A DNA stretch of 64,000 nucleotides from an uncultured cyanobacterium (GTDB lineage: Bacteria; Cyanobacteriota; Cyanobacteriia; PCC-6307; Cyanobiaceae), in the NCBI GenBank assembly GCA_903917565.1, contig CAIXBB010000002.1:45818-109817 (forward strand), in the 5' to 3' direction. The notes beneath the pieces were generated by a model that made no database searches, was not told the origin of the DNA, and was given only the letters and a program-made list of their open reading frames with translations. Shown piece by piece: positions 9,097 through 19,272 of this stretch. The translations under genes and the position numbers were made by a program. Every line of letters begins with the position of its first letter. Position 1 is the first letter of the stretch.

Positions 9097-11346
9097 TCAG
9101 GATTCGTAGAAGATTCCGGCAGACAGGCCGACTCTCAGGTATTCAGCGATCCGCAACCTCAGATTGTTTTCCCTTTGGGGCATCCAGAGATGGTGGAAAA
9201 CGCCCATCTCGCCATCGTCCGTCCCGCCACTCAGGATGGCATCGGGAGTCTGGCGGCTCAGCCTTCCGTAAGCAGGGTTCCCATAACGCAGCGAGGTGAA
9301 CACGGGTCTGGCAGGGACGGGCGCTTCTCCCTTGGGCAGGCAGTGGAAGGGGGCCGGCAGCCTGGAGCCGGGAGGGATCCAGGAGAAGCGAACGCAACCC
9401 ACCTGCCGGCGTGCCGCCCGCACCGGCGCCGCCCAGCCGGCACCGGGCGCCGCCAGCAGGATGCAGTCGGAGATCACGTCCACCGCCGCGGTGAAGATCC
9501 GGCCGATCACGGTGCATCCGAGCAGCGTCAGCTCAGGGCCAGCGACCGGTGGCGAGCCGCTGGCAGGCTCGCTGCCCATCAGAGCCACCAGCGTGGGAGC
9601 GGTGGCGTCGATCAGGCAGGCCGTGGCCTGGAGTGTTGCCGTGGCAGGAGCGCGGATGGCACCCACGATGCAACGCTCAAGCACCAGCGCCTTCAGCGCA
9701 GCGGCCTTGAGCGCATCGTCCGTCACCGTGAGGCTGGCAACGAGCGGATCTCTGGGAGACCCGTCGGGGCGGAGGGCCAGACCAGGCACCAGGGTGCAGT
9801 GGCGAAGTTCCAGCCGTTCCAGACGGTTGTCGACCAGCACCGGCCCACCGGTGATCAACAGGCCCTCGAGCACACAGCAGCTGCCCTGCTCTCCCTCCAG
9901 GGTGAGCCGATCGATGAGCAGCACGGGCCTGAAGCGATTGGCGGCACGGATCGTCACCGTGCTCTCGGCGTTCACCGCCACCGTCAGGGAGCCGAGGGAA
10001 TGGGTGGCGTTGTCGGTGATCTCCACGATCCCTTGCCCGCCGAGGGCTTGCAGGGCGTCCGCGATCGTGGGGAAGACCGGCCAGGGGGAATCCAGCGTGG
10101 CGGGCACGGGCACCTGCACCAGCGGCGTTGGGCCTCCATCCGGTCCCGGTTCGACGCTCAGCGGTCGGTCGTACTCCCCCCCACCGAGATCGGCCTGGGC
10201 GGTGAAACCCTCGTGCCAGCTGAGCCGCACCTCGGCGGGGGTGTCGTCGGGGTCGGGGATCGAGGCGGGCAGGACGATGCGACCCAGCACCGGATCGATG
10301 GCATAGAAGCCGGCAGGCGGCGGCGTGTGGGCCCAGCCCAGGCCGTCATCACCCAGGTGGCAGATGCGGATCTTGGCGCGATCGATGGTCATGTACTCCC
10401 CCTTCTCCTTCACCCAGAGGCAAAGGCTCGGATACGGATCCGTGTCGTTGCCGGGCGGCGGCCCGTACAGGCGCTCCAGATGCTCCTTCGCGTAGCGCCG
10501 GCCGAGGGGCAGCGGCACATTCTGAGGCTGTGTCAGATGGCTGATGGCCTCCTCCCGTTCCGGTCGCTGGAAGAGCGGGGTGTCGTGTCCGAGGGGACTG
10601 GCCCGGTAGCGGCCACTCCCCACCCGGGTAACGCTGCTCTGGGTACGGGGGCAGGCCTCGATCCGCCAGAGGTGAATACCGACGTGGGGGATGTTGTGCC
10701 GGCCCCGTTCAGGATCAATCGGACGCACGTCCACGCTGCGTTGGGCGGTTTCGAAGGGAGTGCCGAGCCAGGCGAGGTCAGCCCCCCGGCGGAGGTCCGG
10801 CGTCTGCCGGACCATGGGCCGCAGGTGGTTCATGTGCTGGCTGGCGATGAGCCGCTGGAAGTACTCCACCGCGCGCGCGGGCAGGCCGATACCGTCCTGG
10901 GCCAGTTGCTCCAGCACCGGGGCCGTGCCCTTGCGCCGGCGCAGAGCGATGGTGCGGGCCACCTCGGAGCGGGAACGATCGCGTGCCTGACCCAGGGGAT
11001 GGAGGGGCTCGTAGCCGACCAGATCGCCGATGTAGGGAATCATCCAATCGGCGCAGGTTTCGATGAAGAAGTCGTCGTAGAGCTGGGCAAAGGATTCCTC
11101 CAGCACCGCCAGTTCAGCGGCGAAGACCTCCAGCAGCGAAGCCAGGGGGCCGCGCGACGCCTTGGCCCGCAACCGGTTCGCCCGTTGCTGTTCGAGGGGT
11201 GTCGGGGCATCGAGCGCCGAGAGTGCCGCGAGCTCGGCGGCTTCGGCTGGGGTGAGCAGCCCCTCCATCGCAGCGGCGCTCTCCTCGTCCCGGAGGCGGT
11301 AGAGCGCCGGGAGCAGGCCCAGGAGGGTTTCGGCGTCGAAGCTCAT
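9097..11346 (-). CDS. baseplate protein, P2 gpI-like N-terminus (Afp12/Cis12-like) with a large C-terminal extension
   Basis: 749 aa. N-terminus MSFDAETLLGLLPALYRLRDEE...DWMIPYIGDLVGY is typical of the phage tail protein I family. Start overlaps the upstream gpJ-like gene (11343-11346). Confidence 0.8.
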   Translation of the reverse strand: MSFDAETLLGLLPALYRLRDEESAAAMEGLLTPAEAAELAALSALDAPTPLEQQRANRLRAKASRGPLASLLEVFAAELAVLEESFAQLYDDFFIETCADWMIPYIGDLVGYEPLHPLGQARDRSRSEVARTIALRRRKGTAPVLEQLAQDGIGLPARAVEYFQRLIASQHMNHLRPMVRQTPDLRRGADLAWLGTPFETAQRSVDVRPIDPERGRHNIPHVGIHLWRIEACPRTQSSVTRVGSGRYRASPLGHDTPLFQRPEREEAISHLTQPQNVPLPLGRRYAKEHLERLYGPPPGNDTDPYPSLCLWVKEKGEYMTIDRAKIRICHLGDDGLGWAHTPPPAGFYAIDPVLGRIVLPASIPDPDDTPAEVRLSWHEGFTAQADLGGGEYDRPLSVEPGPDGGPTPLVQVPVPATLDSPWPVFPTIADALQALGGQGIVEITDNATHSLGSLTVAVNAESTVTIRAANRFRPVLLIDRLTLEGEQGSCCVLEGLLITGGPVLVDNRLERLELRHCTLVPGLALRPDGSPRDPLVASLTVTDDALKAAALKALVLERCIVGAIRAPATATLQATACLIDATAPTLVALMGSEPASGSPPVAGPELTLLGCTVIGRIFTAAVDVISDCILLAAPGAGWAAPVRAARRQVGCVRFSWIPPGSRLPAPFHCLPKGEAPVPARPVFTSLRYGNPAYGRLSRQTPDAILSGGTDDGEMGVFHHLWMPQRENNLRLRIAEYLRVGLSAGIFYES

Positions 11347-14237
11347 GGCAGTGGCTCCAGCACGAGGTTGCCGGCCTCCAGCCGCAGCAGTTCGGCCGGG
11401 GCGGGCAGGGTGATCGCCTGGGCCTGCGGCAGCCGCGGGCGCAGGCGGGTGATCCTGCCCGGCGGCTCGGGCGGGTCGGTGACCCGATGCAGGGCGAGGA
11501 TGTTGCAGGCCTCCACCCCTGGCACCGCCAGGGTGAGGGCGGCGATCTCATCGGCGGACACGCCCTGGCCGAAGTCGCGGGCCTCGAACCCCAGGGCATC
11601 GAGCAACCGGCGGGCCAGCGCCGGCATCACCAGGGTGGGGTCGGCGTCGGCCATCACCTTCACCTGCAGGCGCAGACGAATGGCTCCGGCCGTGGGATCG
11701 AAACTGCGCAGGCGCAGGGGCAGCTGAGCATCGCCGAAGGTGCGCAGGTTCGCCAGGAGGTCGCTGGTGGACAGCACCGCCTTCCCCTCTTCTGCCGCCA
11801 CCGTGAGGAACACCCCCCGGGCGGGGCCGTGGGGGATCCAGAGGGCATGGGCCTTGGCGATCCCGGGGAACCCCCGGGCGATATCGCGGTAATCCCGCAG
11901 AGAAGCCGCCCGATCCAGGGTGCGCACGGTGAGGGGGGCATTGGTGCGGGCCTTGGCGAAGGGTTCCGGGTCCTCGCCGCCACTGGCCGCCTCCGGGTTC
12001 GTGACAGCCGTCACCCCCAGGGGCCTGGTGAGCAGGGTGGTGAGGGAGCCGGCCGGCACGTTGCCGCCAAGGCCCAGCCCCTTTCGATAGATGGCCCGGA
12101 GGTTGTGATCGCCTGACGGTGGCAGGGCTCCTTCGCTGCCATCACCGAAATGGACGCTGGTGCGTCCCTGGTCGTCGGTGGTGAGGGCGTAGACCCGTTC
12201 ACCGCCACCACGATCGAGAAGGCTTGGCACCTCCTGCCAGAGCAGATCGTTGATCCGCAGTTCCAGCGTCGAGCGCCGCCCGCTGGCGCTGCCGGCAGCG
12301 GTGACGAAGGTGAGCGGTCCCTGGCGCAGGCGATGGCGGGCATGGGGCCGTCGGGCGTCGCCGCTGCCGAGCAGCTCCGAAACGGTTTCGCCGTGGGTGG
12401 CCGGCGCCACGTTGAGATTCACCGTGGTGGTGTCGCGGTCGTAGACATGGCGAAGGGGTTTCTGGAGCCGGAAGGCGCTGTGGTCCGGCTCGAGTGGGTC
12501 GACCGGCAGAACTGAGGCGACAACGGAGATCTCCTGGAGCACAGGATCATCCTTTTCGGCCGGCATCGCCTCGATCCTGGCGGCAGCCACGAGCAGGCGG
12601 CCTTGACGACCGGCCCGATCGAGCACCTCCAGCCGCAGCAGGCTGCTGCCTGGGGAGGCCAGAAGGGCACCGAATCGGGAGGGCTCCAGCTGCTGGCCAA
12701 TGGTGCCGAGCATCTGCTCCGGCGGGCCCATCAGCCGCAGCGCGTCGCCTTCCTGGAGGGGCAGCTTGTCACCTGCAGCGGTGATGAGAACGGCGGCCGC
12801 CCCCGGCCGCAACAGCACCCGGGCGGCCTTGCCGCGCAGGGCAATCACCCGCCCAGCCTCGATGTCCTCCAGCCGGTGCGCCAGCACGAGGGTGTCGCCA
12901 TGGAGGGGGGTGTGGAGGGGGGTGCCGCTCACCTCCAGCTGCTCGGACTGGCCGAGCACCAGGGATTGTTGCAACCCTCCACGCCGGGGACCGAGCTTGG
13001 TGGCCGGGATATCTGCCTGGATCCGGGTGATGCGGCCGGAGAGTCCGAAATCGGTGCGGGAAGGGAAGGCGACGCCGACGGCACGGAAGAGGTCCATCTG
13101 AGCCGCCAGGCCGGAACGATCGCTGCCGTCGCCGTAAGAGCACAGAGCGATCCAACTCCCTGGTAGGAGGCGGGGGTAGGCGGCATCGAGGTCGAGGGTC
13201 TCGCCGCTGATGAAGAAATCGGCCCAGATCAGCCCAACAGCGGAAATTTTGGCGCCGGTGACGTCTCTGGCCGCGGAAACGAACCGGCTCTTCCCAGGGC
13301 CGGAAGGCCCGGCCGATGCGGCTGCGGCCTTGGTGGAGGGGGGGGGTGGCTCGTCCTCCCTGAGCCGGATGAGCCGCCGGTCCGGGGCGTTGTGCCCGAA
13401 CAAGCCCGCCCGCTGCCGGAACACGAACACCCTGACGCCGACGCTGGGCGGCTGGCCGGAGGGATTGATCCCATCCAGCCCGTTCTGCCAGCTGAGGCGG
13501 GTGCGCTGATGGTCCCGGTCTTCCATCACCTGCGTGAGCAGGCGGATGTCGAAGCGGGAGCTGGTGGGCTGCTCGGTGCGCTCCAGGCCCACGATCAGGA
13601 TCACATCGCCGGCCGTCAGGCCGGTGCCGATCCCATCCAGCCACAGGGAGGTATCGCCCTGAAGCGGGCGCCAGGGGTGGGTGGTCTGCACCGGCACGGC
13701 GTTCCAGGCGACCCGGGCTTCCCGGGGTGCCACCGTTTCGAAGGTCTGGGCCTGCTCGCCCGGACCCGGCACGCTCTGCACCCGGGTTCCGGCGGGGATC
13801 ACCACCGGGCCCGGCGCCTGGCTGGGATCGGCCGGGGAGTCCTGAAGGGTGAAGGCCAGCCAGGTGGAGGCCGCCACACCGGGAGCCGGCCGGTAGCCGA
13901 TCAGCCGGGAGAGTTCATGGATCGAGCGCAGCTCGGTGGCCGTTCGCAGAGGGGATTCGTTGGCGATGCGCTCCCCGTGGAACGTGAGCACATCGAGGGT
14001 GGTGGCCAAGGCATCGCAGAGCGCGAGGCTGAAGTCGGATTCGGCACGGCTGAGCAGTCCGCGGAGGGCAGGAAGGGCGGGGTCGGAAAGCCTGGCCAGG
14101 AGGGATTCCTTGAAGCGGGCGTAGGTGCCGGCGCGATAGGCGATCGTTGGCTGTCCGGGAGGATTGTGGAGGCGGAGGGGGGTCTCGGTGTCGATCCCGG
14201 CGCAGCCGCCACAGATGTCGGTGGGGTTGGGGTCCAT
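11343..14237 (-). CDS. putative baseplate assembly protein, gpJ-like (Afp11/Cis11-like), copy 2
   Basis: 964 aa. N-terminus MDPNPTDICGGCAGIDTETPLRLHNPPGQPTIAYRAGTYARFKESLLARLS is typical of the 'putative baseplate assembly protein' family. Baseplate_J-like block LDRAASLRDYRDIARGFPGIAKAHALW...VFLTV. ATGA overlap at 14237. Confidence 0.85.
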   Translation of the reverse strand: MDPNPTDICGGCAGIDTETPLRLHNPPGQPTIAYRAGTYARFKESLLARLSDPALPALRGLLSRAESDFSLALCDALATTLDVLTFHGERIANESPLRTATELRSIHELSRLIGYRPAPGVAASTWLAFTLQDSPADPSQAPGPVVIPAGTRVQSVPGPGEQAQTFETVAPREARVAWNAVPVQTTHPWRPLQGDTSLWLDGIGTGLTAGDVILIVGLERTEQPTSSRFDIRLLTQVMEDRDHQRTRLSWQNGLDGINPSGQPPSVGVRVFVFRQRAGLFGHNAPDRRLIRLREDEPPPPSTKAAAASAGPSGPGKSRFVSAARDVTGAKISAVGLIWADFFISGETLDLDAAYPRLLPGSWIALCSYGDGSDRSGLAAQMDLFRAVGVAFPSRTDFGLSGRITRIQADIPATKLGPRRGGLQQSLVLGQSEQLEVSGTPLHTPLHGDTLVLAHRLEDIEAGRVIALRGKAARVLLRPGAAAVLITAAGDKLPLQEGDALRLMGPPEQMLGTIGQQLEPSRFGALLASPGSSLLRLEVLDRAGRQGRLLVAAARIEAMPAEKDDPVLQEISVVASVLPVDPLEPDHSAFRLQKPLRHVYDRDTTTVNLNVAPATHGETVSELLGSGDARRPHARHRLRQGPLTFVTAAGSASGRRSTLELRINDLLWQEVPSLLDRGGGERVYALTTDDQGRTSVHFGDGSEGALPPSGDHNLRAIYRKGLGLGGNVPAGSLTTLLTRPLGVTAVTNPEAASGGEDPEPFAKARTNAPLTVRTLDRAASLRDYRDIARGFPGIAKAHALWIPHGPARGVFLTVAAEEGKAVLSTSDLLANLRTFGDAQLPLRLRSFDPTAGAIRLRLQVKVMADADPTLVMPALARRLLDALGFEARDFGQGVSADEIAALTLAVPGVEACNILALHRVTDPPEPPGRITRLRPRLPQAQAITLPAPAELLRLEAGNLVLEPLP

Positions 14238-16876
14238 CAGTTGCCTCCGTTGAGATCGAGCAGGAGCACCCCGCGATCGGGATGGTTGCGGTCGTTGTCG
14301 AGGCGCGGGATCTCCAGGCGGGAGAGCGCCAGAAACCCCCGCTCACGATGGCTGGGATCGGCGAGACCCTGACGCTGGAAGGTGGTGACGTCCACCGACG
14401 CCACACCAGCCACCGCACGGGCTGCCGCCTGGATCCCGCTGAGATAAACGGTCTGGCCGAAGCTCCAGCGGTCGGGGTGGAAATGGCCCAGCTGGCCGTC
14501 TGCGAGCCGGCGGTTTCCGAGGACGGCCAGCAGACGAGCCCTGACGTGGGCCCGCAGGTGGCCAGGCTTGACGCAGACATGCAACCCCACCTCCAGGGGC
14601 ACGGGGATCGGATCGTTGATGTCCAGGTCGTGGCCGGCCATGCGGTACGGCTCCAGGTGCAGGAGCAGGGCGGCTTCGAAGGCGGCGTCGATGGCAACAC
14701 CGCCCAGGCGATCGACAGTAAGGAACACGGTGTGCCAGCTGCCGGTCCAGCGCAGGCTGGCGGCGGCCCGCTGCACGCCCGGGAAGCGCTCGGCGAAAAA
14801 GGCATAGTCGGCGGGGGTGACGGCGCGCATCTGGCTGCGGAAGGCCTGGGGGGCCCGCCGCCGCACCGCAGCGGCATCCTCCGGGTCCCTCCCGCCGAAG
14901 GCCGGCAGGGGGTTGCGAATCCCGCTGGCATCGAGGCTCTCGACGGCTGGTCCACTGGCCACCAGGTGGGCGATGGCACCGGCGCCGACGTTGCCGGATC
15001 GGCCGTTGCCGATCCGGCCATGGGCCAGGAAACGGGTGCCGGGGTCGGGGCGACGGCCATGAACGCCATCCCCGAAGCGCAGGCGGGTGGTGCCGTCGTG
15101 TTCCACTTCCGCCACGAAGCAGCGGTCGTCGGCGCCGCAGGAAAGCAGATCGGGCAGGGGAAACCAACGCGGTGGGGTGGTGCCGAGCTCATCGGGGACG
15201 ACTTCTTCGAGCCACAGCGCCGCCGTGGTGCCGAGCCCGGGCCCTGCCAGGGTGGCAACCGGCTGGGTGGGATCGACCGGCGGCGCCACGAAGGTGAGCG
15301 GCGCCCGGGAGAGGCCGGGGTTGTAACGCGGGGCGATCGGCTCGCTTGCGGGCACCTCGCAGCGGCCTTGGTCCCGCTCCGGCGGGTAGCTGAGGCGGGG
15401 CTGCGGGACAGCTCCCAGATCCTCCGGTGGCAGGGAGAGGCCATGGTCGGCGAGCACGAGATTGCCGCGGGCCACGCTCACGTTGGTCACCGTCCGGCCG
15501 TCCTCGCTCCTGGAGGAAAGACAGAGAGGAAAGGGGAGGGCATCCTCCGGCGCCCAGGCCACGTCGGTGATCATCAAGGGCGGATCGGGCAGTGGATCCT
15601 GGAGGGGAAGGGCGACAGCGCCAAGGGCGGGATCAGGGGGGGCGAAGGCCTGCACGGAGGTGAGCCGCACCACGTGGCGATGGCGTGGGTCGGCCTCCGC
15701 CGCTGTGCCGGTGAGAGGGCCCAGCACCTCCTCGAACAGCAGCGCGTTGCCCGGCTTCAGGTTGGGCAGATGACCCACGAGCGTGGCGCGGGTCGACCCG
15801 GCCGGCAGACAGCAGCGGTCATCGCCCCAGGTGTGCAGATCGATCCGGTTGTGGGCGGGATGGAGGGTGGCCGGATGGGTGGCCGGGAGGGATTCGAAGA
15901 CCAGGGGATCGGCCGCCATCGCCTCCTGCTCCTCGCGACTGCCGGGAACGAGGCGCCGGGGCAGGTCGGGCAGGCGGGTGAGGAAGCGAAGCGGCTTCGG
16001 CGGCAGCGCGATGCCGCTCTCCGGGGCCTGGGCCCCGGTGGGCAGGTGCAGCCACACCCGGGCATTGCAGCCGTCGTCGAGGTGGTAGTCGACCAGCAGG
16101 GCATGGCGCCGCAGGGAAGTGCGCAGCCGGGCGGTGTCGAGGTAGGCCTCGGTGCCGATGGCATCCAGCTGGTAGGAGAGCTGGTCGGCCACGTAGGCGA
16201 TCAGTTCGGCCAGCACCACGCCGAGATCCGCGGCGCTGCGCTCGCGCCAGTCCGGCACCAGCTGGGTGAGCCGATCGAGCACCAGGCGCCGCAGGCTCGG
16301 ATAATCCCGCGCCAGATAGTCGATCGGCGGCTCCAGCAGCGGCTGGGGCGGGCAGGCGTGATCGGGAAGGCAGTCGAGCTCGCTGGGGCATTCCACCTTG
16401 AAGGAAAAGGCCACCTCGGCCAGCTGGGGATCCAGCCAGGCAGGGGGGGCCTCGTCGTTGTCGGCCCGCTGCAGACGCAGGCGATAGGTGGAGAAGTCGC
16501 CCCGTTCGCGGCAACGGATCACCAGCACCTGCTCCGGTTCCGGCAGGGCCGCCACCAGCTCATGCACGGCCTTCTCCTCGGGGTGGGAGAGGGGATCGAG
16601 CTCGGGGGGCGGTGAACTGGCGAGGGCCACCCAGCTCACCACCGGGTCGATGCGACGCTCACCGCCGCGGATCACCACCTTGAAGGAGATGTCGGGCTGA
16701 CCCGCTGAAGTCGGCTTCGGAGGAGGCTTCAGCAGCCGCACCAGCAGGGTGCGCTGCCGCAGGGGATCCCCACTCGGGAGATCGGCATCGACCACTTCGA
16801 GATGGTCGATGCCGTTGAGGGTGGGATGGTCCGCCACCAGCCGGCGACGGTTCTGATCGCAGCAGTGGAGCGTCAT
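14237..16876 (-). CDS. putative baseplate assembly protein, gpJ-like (Afp11/Cis11-like), copy 1
   Basis: 879 aa. N-terminus MTLHCCDQNRRRLVADHPTLNGIDHLEVVD. Baseplate_J-like block MRAVTPADYAFFAERFPGVQRAAASLRWTGSWHTVFLTVD. Overlaps the gp25-like gene (16873-16876). Confidence 0.85.
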   Translation of the reverse strand: MTLHCCDQNRRRLVADHPTLNGIDHLEVVDADLPSGDPLRQRTLLVRLLKPPPKPTSAGQPDISFKVVIRGGERRIDPVVSWVALASSPPPELDPLSHPEEKAVHELVAALPEPEQVLVIRCRERGDFSTYRLRLQRADNDEAPPAWLDPQLAEVAFSFKVECPSELDCLPDHACPPQPLLEPPIDYLARDYPSLRRLVLDRLTQLVPDWRERSAADLGVVLAELIAYVADQLSYQLDAIGTEAYLDTARLRTSLRRHALLVDYHLDDGCNARVWLHLPTGAQAPESGIALPPKPLRFLTRLPDLPRRLVPGSREEQEAMAADPLVFESLPATHPATLHPAHNRIDLHTWGDDRCCLPAGSTRATLVGHLPNLKPGNALLFEEVLGPLTGTAAEADPRHRHVVRLTSVQAFAPPDPALGAVALPLQDPLPDPPLMITDVAWAPEDALPFPLCLSSRSEDGRTVTNVSVARGNLVLADHGLSLPPEDLGAVPQPRLSYPPERDQGRCEVPASEPIAPRYNPGLSRAPLTFVAPPVDPTQPVATLAGPGLGTTAALWLEEVVPDELGTTPPRWFPLPDLLSCGADDRCFVAEVEHDGTTRLRFGDGVHGRRPDPGTRFLAHGRIGNGRSGNVGAGAIAHLVASGPAVESLDASGIRNPLPAFGGRDPEDAAAVRRRAPQAFRSQMRAVTPADYAFFAERFPGVQRAAASLRWTGSWHTVFLTVDRLGGVAIDAAFEAALLLHLEPYRMAGHDLDINDPIPVPLEVGLHVCVKPGHLRAHVRARLLAVLGNRRLADGQLGHFHPDRWSFGQTVYLSGIQAAARAVAGVASVDVTTFQRQGLADPSHRERGFLALSRLEIPRLDNDRNHPDRGVLLLDLNGGN

Positions 16877-17238
16877 GGCCCGGTACCCCCGCGCTCGAAG
16901 CTGGCGGTCTGGGGGGTCTGGCTGCGCAGGATCACGTAGCTCACCGACACCTTCAGAGTGGAGTCAATCGCCTCCACCTCCACCGCCTCCAGGGCGATCA
17001 GGCCGCCAAGCCACTGCTGCAGGGCGCCCTGCACCAGGAACTGGGTGGTGGAGGCCAGCTCGGGGCTGTTGGGGGCGAACACCAGCTGCATCAGGCCGCT
17101 GCCGAAGTCGGGCCGCATCACCCGCTCCCCCGGGGCGGTGAACAGCACCTGCTCGATCAGGCCGCGGATCCAGGCCTCCTCGCCATCGGTGGCGGTGGCG
17201 CCGCGGCCGTTGAATCCGTAGGGGTGATGGAGGTCCAT
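16873..17238 (-). CDS. GPW/gp25-family baseplate wedge protein (Afp9/Cis9-like)
   Basis: 121 aa. Hallmark motif IRGLIEQVLFTAPGERVMRPDFGSGLMQLVF. Confidence 0.9.
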   Translation of the reverse strand: MDLHHPYGFNGRGATATDGEEAWIRGLIEQVLFTAPGERVMRPDFGSGLMQLVFAPNSPELASTTQFLVQGALQQWLGGLIALEAVEVEAIDSTLKVSVSYVILRSQTPQTASFERGGTGP

Positions 17239-17241
17239 GGT

Positions 17242-17562
17242 TCAGGTGCCGATCACGCGGGTCTGGGCGGCCAGGGGCAGCAGGGGCGTGCCGTTGGGGA
17301 TGCACACCGAGAGGCTGGAGAGGAGCACCAGGGGCTGGCCCTGGGAGAACACCCGGGTGGCGGCCACGGTCCACTGGCCGGTGACACAGGGCACCGGAGC
17401 ACCGGACACGTTGAAGAGACACCCGGCGATGACATAGGGGGCGCTCATCAGGATCGTGGGCTGGCCGCTCACCAGCACGCGGGGATTGGGCACGGTGGGC
17501 GTGGCGAAGCCGCCGTGGCTGCAGAGCACCTGGGCACCGACGTGGAGGAGGGGGCCGGGCAT
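17242..17562 (-). CDS. PAAR-like / DUF4280-like spike tip protein (Afp10/Cis10-like)
   Basis: 106 aa, Cys/Gly/Val-rich (VLCSHGGFATP...NPRVLVSGQP...VPCVTGQW). Located between the VgrG-like and gp25-like genes. Confidence 0.7.
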   Translation of the reverse strand: MPGPLLHVGAQVLCSHGGFATPTVPNPRVLVSGQPTILMSAPYVIAGCLFNVSGAPVPCVTGQWTVAATRVFSQGQPLVLLSSLSVCIPNGTPLLPLAAQTRVIGT

Positions 17563-17563
17563 G

Positions 17564-18133
17564 TCAGATCACCGTGAGGGCGCCGGTGTTCACCGTCACG
17601 GCGGGGCCCACCATCGTGATCGAGGCGCCCTTGCCGTTCTGGATGTAGATGCCGGTGTCGTTGACGATCAAGGTGGCGCCGGTGGCGCTCTTGAGCACGA
17701 TGCCGCCGGTGGGTCCGGGCAGATCGGAGATGGTGAGGCCGTTCTGCAGGGGGGTCTGCAGGGTGATGGCCGGCACGGCGGGAGGCGTGAGCCGTGAGAG
17801 GGCGGGCAGTTCGGCGGCGCTGCCCCAGAAACAACCCACCCAGATGGGGTGCGTGGGGCGGCCCTGCTCGAATTCGATCCACACGCCGGAGCCGATCATC
17901 GGCAGCGCCACCATGCCGTTCTGGATACCCGCCACCGGCACGCAGGGCATGGCCCAGGTGAGGGGGATGACCCCAGCCACATCCGGCACCTGCACCTGCA
18001 GGCGGCCCTTCTGAAGTGGGTCGACGTTGTTGAGCACAACACCGCGATATTTGCCGAGATAATTCTTCCCGGACCTCCCGGCGGCCAGGTCGCTGGCCTT
18101 AGCGGAAGAACGTGTGTGGCCGTTGGTCGTCAT
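17564..18133 (-). CDS. VgrG/gp5/gpV-like baseplate spike protein (Afp8/Cis8-like), short form without effector extension
   Basis: 189 aa. OB-fold spike motif GKYRGVVLNNVDPLQKGRLQVQVPDV...WAMPCVPVAG...GSGVWIEFEQGRPTHPIWVGCFW. Confidence 0.85.
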   Translation of the reverse strand: MTTNGHTRSSAKASDLAAGRSGKNYLGKYRGVVLNNVDPLQKGRLQVQVPDVAGVIPLTWAMPCVPVAGIQNGMVALPMIGSGVWIEFEQGRPTHPIWVGCFWGSAAELPALSRLTPPAVPAITLQTPLQNGLTISDLPGPTGGIVLKSATGATLIVNDTGIYIQNGKGASITMVGPAVTVNTGALTVI

Positions 18134-19272
18134 GGCAGCACATTCGGGGTGAGGGAAACAATGCCGTTGCGGGTGAGTTCGAAGCTCTGCTTGAACTGAC
18201 CGCGCTTCAAGCTGCTGGTGACGCTGCTGACGAAATAGAGCCCGTCGAAGGCGATCCCCACGCCGCGAACCCCCACTAGGTGCCTGGCCTTGAGGACCCG
18301 CCCGTAGCGCAGCACATCCAGGCTGCCACTGGCCTTCACCGCATCCTGCGAAGCGGCGGCCACGGCCACGCCGGCGGCCAGGGCGTGCTGGGGTTTGAGC
18401 CTGGCGGTGCCGCTGAGCATGGTGACGTTGGCAACAGGGGTGGGCAGCGCGGCCAGGGGCGGCTGGAGCGGATTGAGTTTGGGGACGGGAAGGGGTATCG
18501 GCAGCCGCGTCACCTCATTCTGGATGAATACAATCGGCAGTACGGCTTGATCGGCATCGAAGGAGAAACTTAACGATTCGACGTTGGTGAGGGCATCCAT
18601 GTCCACGTTCAGCGCGGGCTGGGGAATGCCGATCTTGATCTCGGGTCCGAAATAGGCAATGTTGGTGCCGGCAACGGGTCCGGGTTCCACGTAGAAGATG
18701 TAGCCCACCTCTTCAGCGAGCTGCTGGATGTAGGCCAGGTCGGTGCCTTCCTGGGCCGGGATGGATTCGATTGGAATCGGTACATCGGGGAACAGCACGG
18801 GGATCACCAGTGGGATCATTCCGTAGGGGGCGTACTTGGCACACAACAGGGCCACGCGGGCCTCGATCGGCAGGGCCGGAAAGGGCAGGCCGCTCCAGTC
18901 GATCGTGTCCATCACCCGGGTGAGATCGACGCCGAACACGGTGATCGTGCCGGCTGACCCAAGACTGCCCGGCTGGGCCTGGATGCGGGTCATCACCCCG
19001 TCGAACAGGGGCTGGGGGGTGCCGTTGAGGGTGACGATCAGGATCAGCCGCAGGGCCGGGGTGGCTGGGCTGGTGCCCTGGGCGCCAACGATCAGGAACA
19101 GCTGGTTGAGGTCGGATTTCGAGCTGAACTGAAAGCTGAGCCGAAAGCCGCTGGCGGCGCCCGTGGCACTGGTCACTTCCACACTGTCGAGGGCGTCGAT
19201 CACCACCCGCGGCGCCGGAACCACCACCACGGGCCCCATCAGCAGCGTCATCTGGATGCCGCTAGTTAGCAT
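18130..19272 (-). CDS. gpD / late-control-D-like baseplate hub protein (Afp7/Cis7-like)
   Basis: The track ORF runs to 19395. I call the internal ATG at 19272 (MLTSGIQMTLLMGP...) because the extension overlaps the LysM gene. Motif EGTDLAYIQQLAEEVGYIFYVEPGP is typical of gpD-like hub proteins. Confidence 0.75.
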   Translation of the reverse strand: MLTSGIQMTLLMGPVVVVPAPRVVIDALDSVEVTSATGAASGFRLSFQFSSKSDLNQLFLIVGAQGTSPATPALRLILIVTLNGTPQPLFDGVMTRIQAQPGSLGSAGTITVFGVDLTRVMDTIDWSGLPFPALPIEARVALLCAKYAPYGMIPLVIPVLFPDVPIPIESIPAQEGTDLAYIQQLAEEVGYIFYVEPGPVAGTNIAYFGPEIKIGIPQPALNVDMDALTNVESLSFSFDADQAVLPIVFIQNEVTRLPIPLPVPKLNPLQPPLAALPTPVANVTMLSGTARLKPQHALAAGVAVAAASQDAVKASGSLDVLRYGRVLKARHLVGVRGVGIAFDGLYFVSSVTSSLKRGQFKQSFELTRNGIVSLTPNVLP

